Shown here piece after piece: positions 10,250-18,852 of a stretch of 39,712 nucleotides of DNA (position 1 is its first letter; every line of letters begins with the position of its first letter). The stretch comes from Pseudomonadota bacterium (GTDB taxonomy: Bacteria > Bdellovibrionota_F > JAHFAK01 > JBDREC01), in the NCBI GenBank assembly GCA_043820105.1, contig JBDREC010000083.1, positions 1-39,712 of the forward strand. The letters are read 5' to 3'. The position numbers and the translations under genes are program-made. The notes beneath the pieces were generated by a model. It saw only the letters and a program-made list of their open reading frames with translations. It did no database searches and was not told where the DNA came from.

Positions 10250-11869
10250 GTGGCCATTTTTGATAAAATTAAGGAGCTTGTCCTTTCTAAAATTGATTCT
10301 GAAGCAATTAGTTTATCTAGCTCTAATTCAAGGGAAATACAAATACAGGCAAAACAAGAAATTTTAATTAAAACATGTGAATTATTAAAAAACTATTTCA
10401 ATTCTTTAGTCCTATATGACATAATTGCCGTTGACAAACTAAAGCTTGGAAATATTAACATAGCATTTTCACAAAGACGTTTTGAAACTATTTATCATTT
10501 ATTTGCAATTGAATCAAACATTAGAATTTTTATAAGAATAGAATTTAATAAAAATGAACAAATTGAAAGCTTATCAAAGATATTCCCTAATTCCCTCTGG
10601 TATGAGTCAGAATTATTTGATTTCTTTGGCATAGAAACTCTTGATAAGAAAAACAACAAACGAATATTTACACATGAGCATTTCAAAGGTTATCCTCATC
10701 TAAAAGACTATGACCTGCATGCTTTCCAGGAATGCATAAATCCAAATTCTGCTTTTTCAATTCAAATGCACTCAGCAAGCAATGCCCAAATAGCGGAAAA
10801 CAACTGCTTTGAAATCGGCTTTAATCATAGGGGGATTGAAAAGATAGCTGAATCATTAGCATATAAAAAAATTCCTTTTCAAATAGAGAGATTAAGCTTT
10901 CTAGCGAGTACCATAAATACAGTTGCCTATGTAAGTTCAATTGAAAAGCTCCTTGAAATTAAGGTTCCAAAAAGAGCACGCCTCATCAGAGTTTTATTAA
11001 TGGAGCTTTCAAGAATTCTATCACATCTTGCATGTCTAATAAATTGCCTGGAAAGTTTAAATTTTAAATCTTCAATTTATGATTTAGTTAATTTACAAAA
11101 AAAAGTAATGACTATTTTTAAAAGCATCTCCTCTTCTAATTATTGTTTTAATTATATTGAGATTGGTGGTTTCTCTGAAGATATAAAAAGTGAATCCCTT
11201 AAAATGATAGCATTATTTATAAAAGATGTTGAAAAAAACAGCAAAACCCTTGATAAATCACTGAAAAACAATCTTTTATTTTCTAAAAGAACCAAGGGAG
11301 TAGGCATTGCAGACAATATTACTTGTTTAAAATATGGAATAACGGGGCCAAATCTCAGAGCTGCTTCAGTCTCATATGATGTTCGCCAAAATGACTCCTA
11401 TTATTATTCAGATGAAATAGATTTTTCAGTAACAACTTCTGAAAATGGAGATGTTTATGACAGAATAATACAAAGAATAGAGGAAATTAGAGCAAGCTTA
11501 AAAATCCTTAAACAAATTTCAGAAAACCTACCAGAAGGACGGATTAAAATTCTAAGCAACATGATCATCCCACCTGATAAATACAAAGTAAAATACAATA
11601 TCGAGGCAATGATTAATCACTTTATGTTAATTACACACAACTTGGAACCCAAGTCACAAGAATTATATTTTCCTATTGAAAATCCAAATGGTGAACTTGG
11701 TTTCTATATTATTAGCGATGGCTCAAGCAAACCATATCGATTAAAAATAAGATCAAGTTCTTTTGCAAACTTTCAATGTTTTACCGATATTTCAAAACAA
11801 TGTTTGCCATCTGATCACGGCCTGGTTTACCACAGTCTGGGAATAGATACATTGGAAATGGACAGGTGA
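10250..11869 (+). CDS. nuoCD: fused NuoC/D-like protein (divergent)
   Basis: N-terminal NuoC-like WYESELFDFFGI...GYPHLKDY; NuoD-like HRGIEK, ELSRILSHL, GITGPNLRA, ENPNGELG, KPYRLKIRS, EMDR; no NiFe CxxC pairs. Confidence 0.75.
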   Translation: MAIFDKIKELVLSKIDSEAISLSSSNSREIQIQAKQEILIKTCELLKNYFNSLVLYDIIAVDKLKLGNINIAFSQRRFETIYHLFAIESNIRIFIRIEFNKNEQIESLSKIFPNSLWYESELFDFFGIETLDKKNNKRIFTHEHFKGYPHLKDYDLHAFQECINPNSAFSIQMHSASNAQIAENNCFEIGFNHRGIEKIAESLAYKKIPFQIERLSFLASTINTVAYVSSIEKLLEIKVPKRARLIRVLLMELSRILSHLACLINCLESLNFKSSIYDLVNLQKKVMTIFKSISSSNYCFNYIEIGGFSEDIKSESLKMIALFIKDVEKNSKTLDKSLKNNLLFSKRTKGVGIADNITCLKYGITGPNLRAASVSYDVRQNDSYYYSDEIDFSVTTSENGDVYDRIIQRIEEIRASLKILKQISENLPEGRIKILSNMIIPPDKYKVKYNIEAMINHFMLITHNLEPKSQELYFPIENPNGELGFYIISDGSSKPYRLKIRSSSFANFQCFTDISKQCLPSDHGLVYHSLGIDTLEMDR

Positions 11870-11873
11870 TTTA

Positions 11874-13073
11874 ATGATTTTAACAGATTTTTCTGATTTA
11901 TATTGTAGTGATAGTGCCTTTATCATTAAACAATATGAAAATGTCTTTGAGGCTATTAATAAGTGTTATCCAAAACAAATAATTGAAATGATATTAAAAT
12001 CAAAGTTATCTGAACGGTCAGGAGCAGGGTTTTTAGAAAGTCGTTTTAGATCACCTAAAATTGATTATCTAATAATCAATGCCAAGAACTGTGAGCCAAG
12101 AGATCTTAGGGATAAGTTGATTAATGAAAAATTAGCTCATCTTTTAATTTCAGGCATAATTATTTTAGCTTATTCATTAAAAGTTAACACTGTTTTTATT
12201 TACGCTGATGACATGACCGGGCTTAGTGGGGCAATTGAATTTGCCTACAAACACAATTATCTTGGAAATAAAATTTTAAAATCGCGCTTTTCTCTAGATA
12301 TCCACCTATATAATGATAAAGCAATATGCATTTCTGAAAAATCTGAAAACAAAGCGTCTAGCCTAAGCAACCTGATATTGAAGCCTGCTTTTTACTTTGA
12401 AAACATTAGAGGAAAATATAAATACCTGGTACACAATAGTGAAACAGTAATTAACTTACCCTGGATTTTGCTAAATTCTCCTCAAAAATATATACAACAA
12501 GGAAATGATAAACAAAAAGGCACAAAACTATTTTCAGTAACTGGATCCGTTAATTCACCTGGGCTTTTTGAAAAACCATATGGATATAAATTAATGGACT
12601 TAATAAATGACGCTGGTGGTTTTTTAGATAACAATGAAATAAAAGGCATTTTAATTGGTGGTGTATGTGGAGGCATAATACTTCCCGGGCAAATCGAAGA
12701 TTTATGCCTTGGCAATGAGGAGCTGAAAAGATTTGATGCAACAATTGGTTCAGGAAATATATTTATTATTTCCAGTAACTATTGTGCGCCTTTTTTACTA
12801 AAGGAAATATTAATATATTATTCACATGAATCTTGTGGAACCTGCACTCCTTGCAGAGAAGGAACAAGATGGGCTCACAACTTGCTTGATAGAATTATCA
12901 AAGGAGAAGCATCATTAGAAGATTTGGATCAATTATTAGAAATATGCGAAAACATCGCAGGAAAAACAATCTGCACTTTTCCTGTAAACCTATATTCAGT
13001 CTGCAAATCAATTATTCAGGCATTTAGGGAAGAATTTATTTATCATATTAGCTATGGGAAGTGTGATTTGTGA
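11874..13073 (+). CDS. nuoF: NuoF-like protein with degenerate flavin/NADH motifs
   Basis: GTKLFSVTGSVNSPGLFE; HESCGTCTPCREG...TIC (N3 ligands); RSGAGF remnant. Confidence 0.75.
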   Translation: MILTDFSDLYCSDSAFIIKQYENVFEAINKCYPKQIIEMILKSKLSERSGAGFLESRFRSPKIDYLIINAKNCEPRDLRDKLINEKLAHLLISGIIILAYSLKVNTVFIYADDMTGLSGAIEFAYKHNYLGNKILKSRFSLDIHLYNDKAICISEKSENKASSLSNLILKPAFYFENIRGKYKYLVHNSETVINLPWILLNSPQKYIQQGNDKQKGTKLFSVTGSVNSPGLFEKPYGYKLMDLINDAGGFLDNNEIKGILIGGVCGGIILPGQIEDLCLGNEELKRFDATIGSGNIFIISSNYCAPFLLKEILIYYSHESCGTCTPCREGTRWAHNLLDRIIKGEASLEDLDQLLEICENIAGKTICTFPVNLYSVCKSIIQAFREEFIYHISYGKCDL

Positions 13074-13076
13074 TTA

Positions 13077-13124
13077 AAGGGAACAAGAGCGCAGGGGAAC
13101 AAGGGAACAGGGGAACAAGGGGAG
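13077..13124. repeat. 8-nt tandem array (ARGRGAAC family)
   Basis: aagggaac aagagcgc aggggaac aagggaac aggggaac aaggggag between convergent genes. Confidence 0.85.
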
Positions 13125-13142
13125 AAAGCAGTTTGTTAAGAT

Positions 13143-15287
13143 TTAGTATATTGTTTTTACATCTTGTAGAGTAGAATAGTCAAAGATTGTGATGGTGCTG
13201 GAGCCTTTGCTTAGTATGTAGAAATAATCGTTATCATCATAGGAATACTCAAAAGCATCAGCTGGCAAATTGCCTACTGAAACAAAGTCAACGCCCTTGT
13301 AAGTGTCAAAAGAAAAATAATCACCTTCAGTGGCTGGACTTAAAACGGAATTTTGAATTGTAAAAATGACTTCCTCATTATCGCTTAAATATGAGGAATT
13401 ACTGGAAGCTCTGCTGGCTTGAACTCCTGATACAGAGCCATAAACTAAAAAGCTTTCATTTGCTTTTATTTCATATTCAATAGCAGCAGCTTCTAAGTCT
13501 TCTAAACTTTGCTCACTGCTTAATTTCAATTGAGTGTCTGATAAAATACTTGTAAGTTCTATATGATAATCTTCATAAAGTGTTTGTTTGATGATTATTA
13601 AATCAATGGCATCGTTTTCAAGTGTTTCTTCTGTATCATCTGAAACATAATATTTGGGAGAAAGAGCAAGTGAAGTAAAGCTAGCGCTTGCATCTGTTAA
13701 AATATAGTATTCAACATTACCAGCATCGTCTTTAACTGTAGAAATAAAGCCTGTCGTTGATTCTGATGACGGCAAAGTAGCTTCAAATATGACAAGCCAT
13801 TCTTCATCTAAAGTAACTCCGTCTTCAGTAATAACGGAGCGCAATACTGGTTCAGAGGTATCACCTGTATCATGAAAAACAACAGCACTTGATTCAGACT
13901 CTTTTCCTCCTGAATTAATGTAAGGATCAATTACAGGATCAACAGTGGAATCTGAAAAATTCAAGGTATCAATAAAATAAAAATTTCCCAAAATATCAGA
14001 ACTTAATAGCATCCTTCTTACACTGGATCCATAATCAGCAAGCCTTTCAACAGCACTTGTAGTTTTTTCTGAGGTCAAAAACATAAAAGAAAGGTTTTCA
14101 GAAAAGTTGTTTGATCTTTCCAAAAGACCGCTATTATAATTAAAAGAGTTCACTGTTTGAGCAGAATAAAAATAAACAATATTATCATCATCATTAAAAG
14201 AAAAATTAGAAACTTTAGATGATAAATCGAGAGTTTCAAGACTAGTCACATCTAAGGTATCATTCGTAATATTATATAAAGACAATGTATGGGAATCAAT
14301 TATACCGTCACCATCTGCATCAGTATCATTAAAATGACTAATAAATAAAAAAGTTTCATTATCTTTTTCATAAATTTTTATTTTAGAGGGCGTTGAACTT
14401 AAATTTAGGGTTTCAGTTAAGGTTTTATTGGCAATTGAAATCTGCTTTATATACGAAGCAGGAGAATCTTGTTCAATTAAATATAAATAATCTCCACTTA
14501 AAATGGAATTAATAATCTTACCATCTGATACGATAGGATAATATGCAGATGTATAAAAATAAAAAGTGTCATCATCGCTGGTTTCATTTAAGCCGCTATT
14601 AATTTTTATGCTTATTTCACTGTTATTGCTTGAATATTCTACATCCTCTTTTATGGTATTTGTTTGTAAAAGCGCAGAGCTTGAGTCAATTTCATACTGA
14701 TAAACAAAATACCCTGAGATATCTTCATTGTACTTAAGCATCCAGAGATTATTCTCAACAGTAGTATAATCAATACTATAAGATTCAATAGATGGATCAG
14801 ATCCCTGACCCTCATCAATAAAAACCGGGGTACTAATTCCGCCTCTTAAATCATCTGAGGCTTTTAAAAATTCATGTGAAAAGCCTGTTCCACTTGAGTA
14901 ATTTGCTCCAATAAAAACAACACCACTTTCAGCTTCGAAATAGGTTGTAACAATCAGCAAAAAGTCATAAGTACCTGAGGAATCTTGGGCAATATTTATG
15001 GATGTTGGTTGGCCTCCAACAAAAAAAGATTGATCATTATCAAGCCTATCATCAAAATCTTCAAAGCTTCCATCCTGAACATCTAACACTGCGACAAAAC
15101 CACTTGATTCATTTGAAATATAGGCAAATTTAGTTTCATTGAATTCAGCAGTTAGGGCCCATGATGAGGGGTGATCTAAATGGATCTCATTACTTGAACT
15201 ACTTGAAGTACAAGATAAAAATACAACCAATATAAAAAGCATGGAAAAACAAATAAATATATTACTTTTTTTAATTTTCATTTTCAA
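13143..15287 (-). CDS. large acidic Ser/Asp-rich lipoprotein, probable beta-propeller with a duplicated beta-rich insert
   Basis: VFLSC lipobox; propeller-like blades (AYISNESSGFVAVLDV; FYILSKGSSTITIFDY); duplicated segments PVFIDEG..SDP / VVFHDTG..SEP and YSSNNSEISIKI..DDTFYFYT / YLSDNEEVIFTI..GDYFSFDT. Confidence 0.7.
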   Translation of the reverse strand: MKMKIKKSNIFICFSMLFILVVFLSCTSSSSSNEIHLDHPSSWALTAEFNETKFAYISNESSGFVAVLDVQDGSFEDFDDRLDNDQSFFVGGQPTSINIAQDSSGTYDFLLIVTTYFEAESGVVFIGANYSSGTGFSHEFLKASDDLRGGISTPVFIDEGQGSDPSIESYSIDYTTVENNLWMLKYNEDISGYFVYQYEIDSSSALLQTNTIKEDVEYSSNNSEISIKINSGLNETSDDDTFYFYTSAYYPIVSDGKIINSILSGDYLYLIEQDSPASYIKQISIANKTLTETLNLSSTPSKIKIYEKDNETFLFISHFNDTDADGDGIIDSHTLSLYNITNDTLDVTSLETLDLSSKVSNFSFNDDDNIVYFYSAQTVNSFNYNSGLLERSNNFSENLSFMFLTSEKTTSAVERLADYGSSVRRMLLSSDILGNFYFIDTLNFSDSTVDPVIDPYINSGGKESESSAVVFHDTGDTSEPVLRSVITEDGVTLDEEWLVIFEATLPSSESTTGFISTVKDDAGNVEYYILTDASASFTSLALSPKYYVSDDTEETLENDAIDLIIIKQTLYEDYHIELTSILSDTQLKLSSEQSLEDLEAAAIEYEIKANESFLVYGSVSGVQASRASSNSSYLSDNEEVIFTIQNSVLSPATEGDYFSFDTYKGVDFVSVGNLPADAFEYSYDDNDYFYILSKGSSTITIFDYSTLQDVKTIY

Positions 15288-16504
15288 TTTTCTATAGTTT
15301 TAATTACAGTGTTTGTTGTTAAATCAAGTACAGAAATGGTACTGTCTTCAAAATTGCTAACATATAGCAAATTCCCTAATATGGTCATTTCAATTGGATA
15401 ATTTCCAACCTGAATAGTGCCAGTTGTTTCATTTCGATCCAGGTCAATAATTTCAACTTTATTATTACTTGAGGAAAGAACATACAAAGTATCTTCTGCT
15501 TGATTTAAAATCACGGAACCTGGATTGTCTAAACCCAAGGGAATTGAATCTGTTATTACTCCATAAATTCTATCATTATCTATTCCATTGTCAGTGATAA
15601 GAGTTCCATCAATAATGTAAACCATATCACCATCACGAGAAGAAACATAAACCTGATCATTTGAGTCCACGCTAATGCCTCTTAAACCACCACTTTCAGT
15701 TGCATAAGCATTGTCAGTATAAATATACCCTTCAACACTTGCATCCTCAACATCAACCACAAAAATTACATTATAACTTTTAGTAATAACCAGGGCAAAC
15801 TTACCATCTTGGATTAGTGCTGACTTGATGGCCCCACGGCCTGTTGGAACGAGATTAGATGTATTTGTGTTTAAATATACCCCTTTGTAATCATCCCAGT
15901 CTTCATAATCTAATTCTATTAAACTCCAGGATGCAAGGTCAATTAAGGAAAGAGTCCCAGAAGTAATATTTGATGAAAGCAAATATTTATCACCATTAAT
16001 AGTGCTAAGACTAATCCCATATGGATTTTCTCCAACTTCAATTGACCCTTTAGAGCTATTTTCTTCAATCAAATTAAAAGCATCAGAAGCATCAAAGCTC
16101 ACAGAATAACAATCTATAGTATCAGCATTTCTGTTTGCAACATAAAGGTTACCAGCATCATAGAGCATTTGCCCGGAAAATGAGTCTATTTCAATATATT
16201 TATCAGTTAAAAAAGTATACTCGTTAGTTAAAGTATCATACTTGATAATAGAAATCGAACCAGTAGCATGAGACAATTCATAATTTGTATTATTAACCAA
16301 AAGAAAATGATTGGTACCCTTCTCAATTGCAACTATGGAAATCGGGTCATTCAGATAGCCATCAGTATCAGGAAAGCTGATGGATTCACCATCGCAGGAA
16401 GAGAACAAGAGCACAAGGGAACAAGAGAACAGGAGAACAAGGAGAGTATTTAGTATTCGGTATTTGGTATTTGGTTTAATAATTTTCTTTTTTAAATAAA
16501 GCAT
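15284..16504 (-). CDS. YncE/YVTN-type beta-propeller lipoprotein
   Basis: LFSSC lipobox; repeats IEVGENPYGI, LYVANRNADTI, IQVGNYPIEM..LYVSNFEDSTISVLDLTTNTVIKTI; stop overlaps the next ATG. Confidence 0.8.
   Translation of the reverse strand: MLYLKKKIIKPNTKYRILNTLLVLLFSCSLVLLFSSCDGESISFPDTDGYLNDPISIVAIEKGTNHFLLVNNTNYELSHATGSISIIKYDTLTNEYTFLTDKYIEIDSFSGQMLYDAGNLYVANRNADTIDCYSVSFDASDAFNLIEENSSKGSIEVGENPYGISLSTINGDKYLLSSNITSGTLSLIDLASWSLIELDYEDWDDYKGVYLNTNTSNLVPTGRGAIKSALIQDGKFALVITKSYNVIFVVDVEDASVEGYIYTDNAYATESGGLRGISVDSNDQVYVSSRDGDMVYIIDGTLITDNGIDNDRIYGVITDSIPLGLDNPGSVILNQAEDTLYVLSSSNNKVEIIDLDRNETTGTIQVGNYPIEMTILGNLLYVSNFEDSTISVLDLTTNTVIKTIEN
16399..16478. repeat. adjacent 8-nt (ARGRGAAC) and 7-nt (NGGTATT) arrays inside the signal-peptide coding region
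   Basis: aagagaac aagagcac aagggaac aagagaac aggagaac aaggagag followed by tagtatt cggtatt tggtatt tggttta. Confidence 0.8.
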
Positions 16505-16613
16505 ATATCTCTTTATACTTGAACTTCAATTATATTAGAATAAGGCGGTTCTTTTCAAAATATGGGTAAAAGTCAATAAAATTTATACTTGCGGCTGACT
16601 GTGTTTTCTTCCA

Positions 16614-16644
16614 AGCTGAAGGCTGATTGCTGACTCCTGAAGGC
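16614..16644. repeat. 7-nt tandem array (AGCTGAN family), second copy
   Basis: agctgaa ggctgat tgctgac tcctgaa; begins with the same aagctgaaggctgat as 5043-5057. Confidence 0.65.
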
Positions 16645-16812
16645 TTGCTTGAATAAATCTAGAGTTTTTTTAAGCCATTTTCTTCTAAATTTTCAATTAC
16701 AAGATTTGTAAGTGAGTTAAATCAGGTAAACTAATTGGGTTGACTAATTGGGTTGAATTGTTTTAATTTTAAATGAATATATTTTATTATATTGAAAAGG
16801 AGGAAATTTAAT

Positions 16813-17901
16813 ATGAAAAAAATATGTTTTTTAAGTCTGCTAATAATATTTAATTCAGCGTTGTGCTATTCTGAGGTTCTATACATTGATTTTGGTGATA
16901 GTCTTACCTCACCTGTAGCCAGCGGTTGGAATGCCGATATTGTAGTAGATGAAACTAGTTATTTAGATAACGACAATGAAGACGCCACAGGTATTGAAAT
17001 TATTACAGATGAAGATTTTAGTGGCTCAATTTCAACTAGTTGGTCAGCGGTCATAAATGTTTGGATGGATGATGATGCCAATGCTTTTACAGACGCATTA
17101 TTTAACAATACTGCTATTTCAACTATTGTATTTGACAATTTAGATGATAATGCAAGCTATACACTTGAGCTTGTTTCAAGTTATTATACTGGTTCTTTTA
17201 CAGCACATTATTTAGTAAATGGGGAATGGGCTGATCTTATTGTTAAAAATATAGATAATGATCCTGATGAAGGTCAAATGACGGTAAATGATTGTACTTT
17301 AATAAATTGCGGACAAAATTATAATGCACAAGAAGGCAATTCAAATAATCAGTGGTTAAAATGGAATAGTGTAACACCTGTAAGTCGTGTAATAACAATT
17401 ACAGTAAACGCTACTGCTTGTTGTGGATTTGTAAATGCTATTAGATTGGAAAATCCATCCGGTCCACTTTTTTCAAAATTTACATCTTTTGATGCAATGA
17501 ATATAGACAACTCAATTGAAATATCCTGGAAAACTTTATCAGAAATAAATTTGTCTTCTTTTAGTATTTTAAGAAGCGAAGCAGAAAATGGTATTTATGA
17601 AAATATCTCAACTGATAGTATTCCTGTTTTAGGGTCTGATTTTTCAGGAGAAAGCTATTCTTTCATTGATAGCAATGTAATTTTAGGTCAAACTTATTAT
17701 TATAAAATTGAAAGTATTGACAATGATGGTTTGAGTACTTTTGAAGGTCCGATTAGTATTACGTATAATAAAGAATATACTGAAGAATTAACATCTACCG
17801 GATGTGCTTATATTGGCAATAATCCTACGTCCCCTATCTTATTTTTATTTTTGTTTTTATTTTTATTTTCATTATTTATAGCACGTTTAGTAAAGGTCTA
17901 G
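16813..17901 (+). CDS. secreted surface protein with C-terminal FN3-like domain and GC-plus-TM sorting tail
   Basis: ATG 16813 after GGAGG; signal peptide; FTSFDA..IEISWKTLSE..FSILRS..YSFID..TYYYKIESID; tail STGC..hydrophobic helix..basic end. Confidence 0.75.
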   Translation: MKKICFLSLLIIFNSALCYSEVLYIDFGDSLTSPVASGWNADIVVDETSYLDNDNEDATGIEIITDEDFSGSISTSWSAVINVWMDDDANAFTDALFNNTAISTIVFDNLDDNASYTLELVSSYYTGSFTAHYLVNGEWADLIVKNIDNDPDEGQMTVNDCTLINCGQNYNAQEGNSNNQWLKWNSVTPVSRVITITVNATACCGFVNAIRLENPSGPLFSKFTSFDAMNIDNSIEISWKTLSEINLSSFSILRSEAENGIYENISTDSIPVLGSDFSGESYSFIDSNVILGQTYYYKIESIDNDGLSTFEGPISITYNKEYTEELTSTGCAYIGNNPTSPILFLFLFLFLFSLFIARLVKV

Positions 17902-18084
17902 ATTCTATGTCCCCAAAAAGCTGTTTAAAATTATTTGGGTAACCTTAACAATCTATTTGTAATTTAAAAGCAAGAAAAGTCACTGAAGATGTCATAAAAA
18001 AGAAATTAGATCTAACTGAAGCTCTAAAACCCAAACTCAAAGATCTTAGTGAAAAATTAAAGGATAAAAAATTTGAAGATTTAG

Positions 18085-18210
18085 GTGAAAATAGCAAGCT
18101 CATATCAGTATCTGAAAAATTATGAAAAAGCTGAAGACTATTATTTAAAGACAATCGAGCTTGATCCTGACATGGCGAGTGCTTTTAGGGAACTTGCTAT
18201 GGATGGGTAA
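18085..18210 (+). pseudogene. isolated TPR fragment
   Basis: Manual translation: VKIASSYQYLKNYEKAEDYYLKTIELDPDMASAFRELAMDG*, about one TPR unit. Confidence 0.5.
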
Positions 18211-18755
18211 AGTTTTCAGAGGCTGGGGTTATCGATTCATTTCATTCAAATTTGGATGGAGATCCAGATGAAACTGGCATTGCTCTTGCTGAAAACAATA
18301 TAAGCCTTAAGGCATCTTTGTCTTCTGGTTCTGTAATTTTAAACTGAGAAAGTTCTCTTGATATGGATTGTGTTGGTTTCAATGTTTTAAAAGGCGAATC
18401 GGAAAATGGAACTTTTGAACAGATAAATACATCCCTTATTCCATCTCAGGGCGATCTTAATGGCAGCTATTCATTTACAGATAACAGCATTAAGGATAAT
18501 ACAGATTATTACTACGAAATTGAAACTGTAAACTATGACGGCTCAAGTATAACATATGATCCCGTTCTAGCAAGCACAGAAAACGAAGGCTCCTTAAAAA
18601 CATCAGCCTCCTGCGCAAGCATCACCAGCACAATTTCAAACACCCCTTCATCAAAACAAGATCTTGGATTTTTAGGCTTACTCTTACTCTCCGTGCTTTC
18701 TTTTAAGGGAATTTTGAGAAAAAAAAGATATATGCAGCCAAGAAAATATATGTGA
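18189..18755 (+). pseudogene. 5'-truncated, nonsense-interrupted paralogue of the C-terminal FN3-like domain and sorting tail
   Basis: The frame of ORF 18363-18755 extends upstream as ...SGSVILN*ESSLDMDCVGFNVLK. TGA 18345-18347 sits at the conserved Trp. No start codon or signal peptide. Confidence 0.65.
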
Positions 18756-18852
18756 AAAATCATTTAGCTTTAAATATTTCCTTGATTAATACGTAAAACT
18801 GGTGTAAATTCGATATGTATTGCGAAATAATACCAAAAATGCGAGGTGTTGA

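Noticed and set aside
9804-11869. Group 4 [NiFe]-hydrogenase
   Set aside because: The large subunit lacks both CxxC metal-binding motifs and ends in a NuoD-like EMDR.
17841-17880. TTTTTA-type 6-nt periodicity
   Set aside because: Explained by Phe-Leu codons of the TM helix; not counted among the dispersed arrays.
18345-18347. TGA at a conserved Trp, suggesting a recoded genetic code
   Set aside because: TGA ends proS (FAKAY), mnmE (FCIGK) and the nuoCD-like gene (EMDR) at their conserved termini, and Trp is TGG elsewhere. It is a nonsense mutation or an error.
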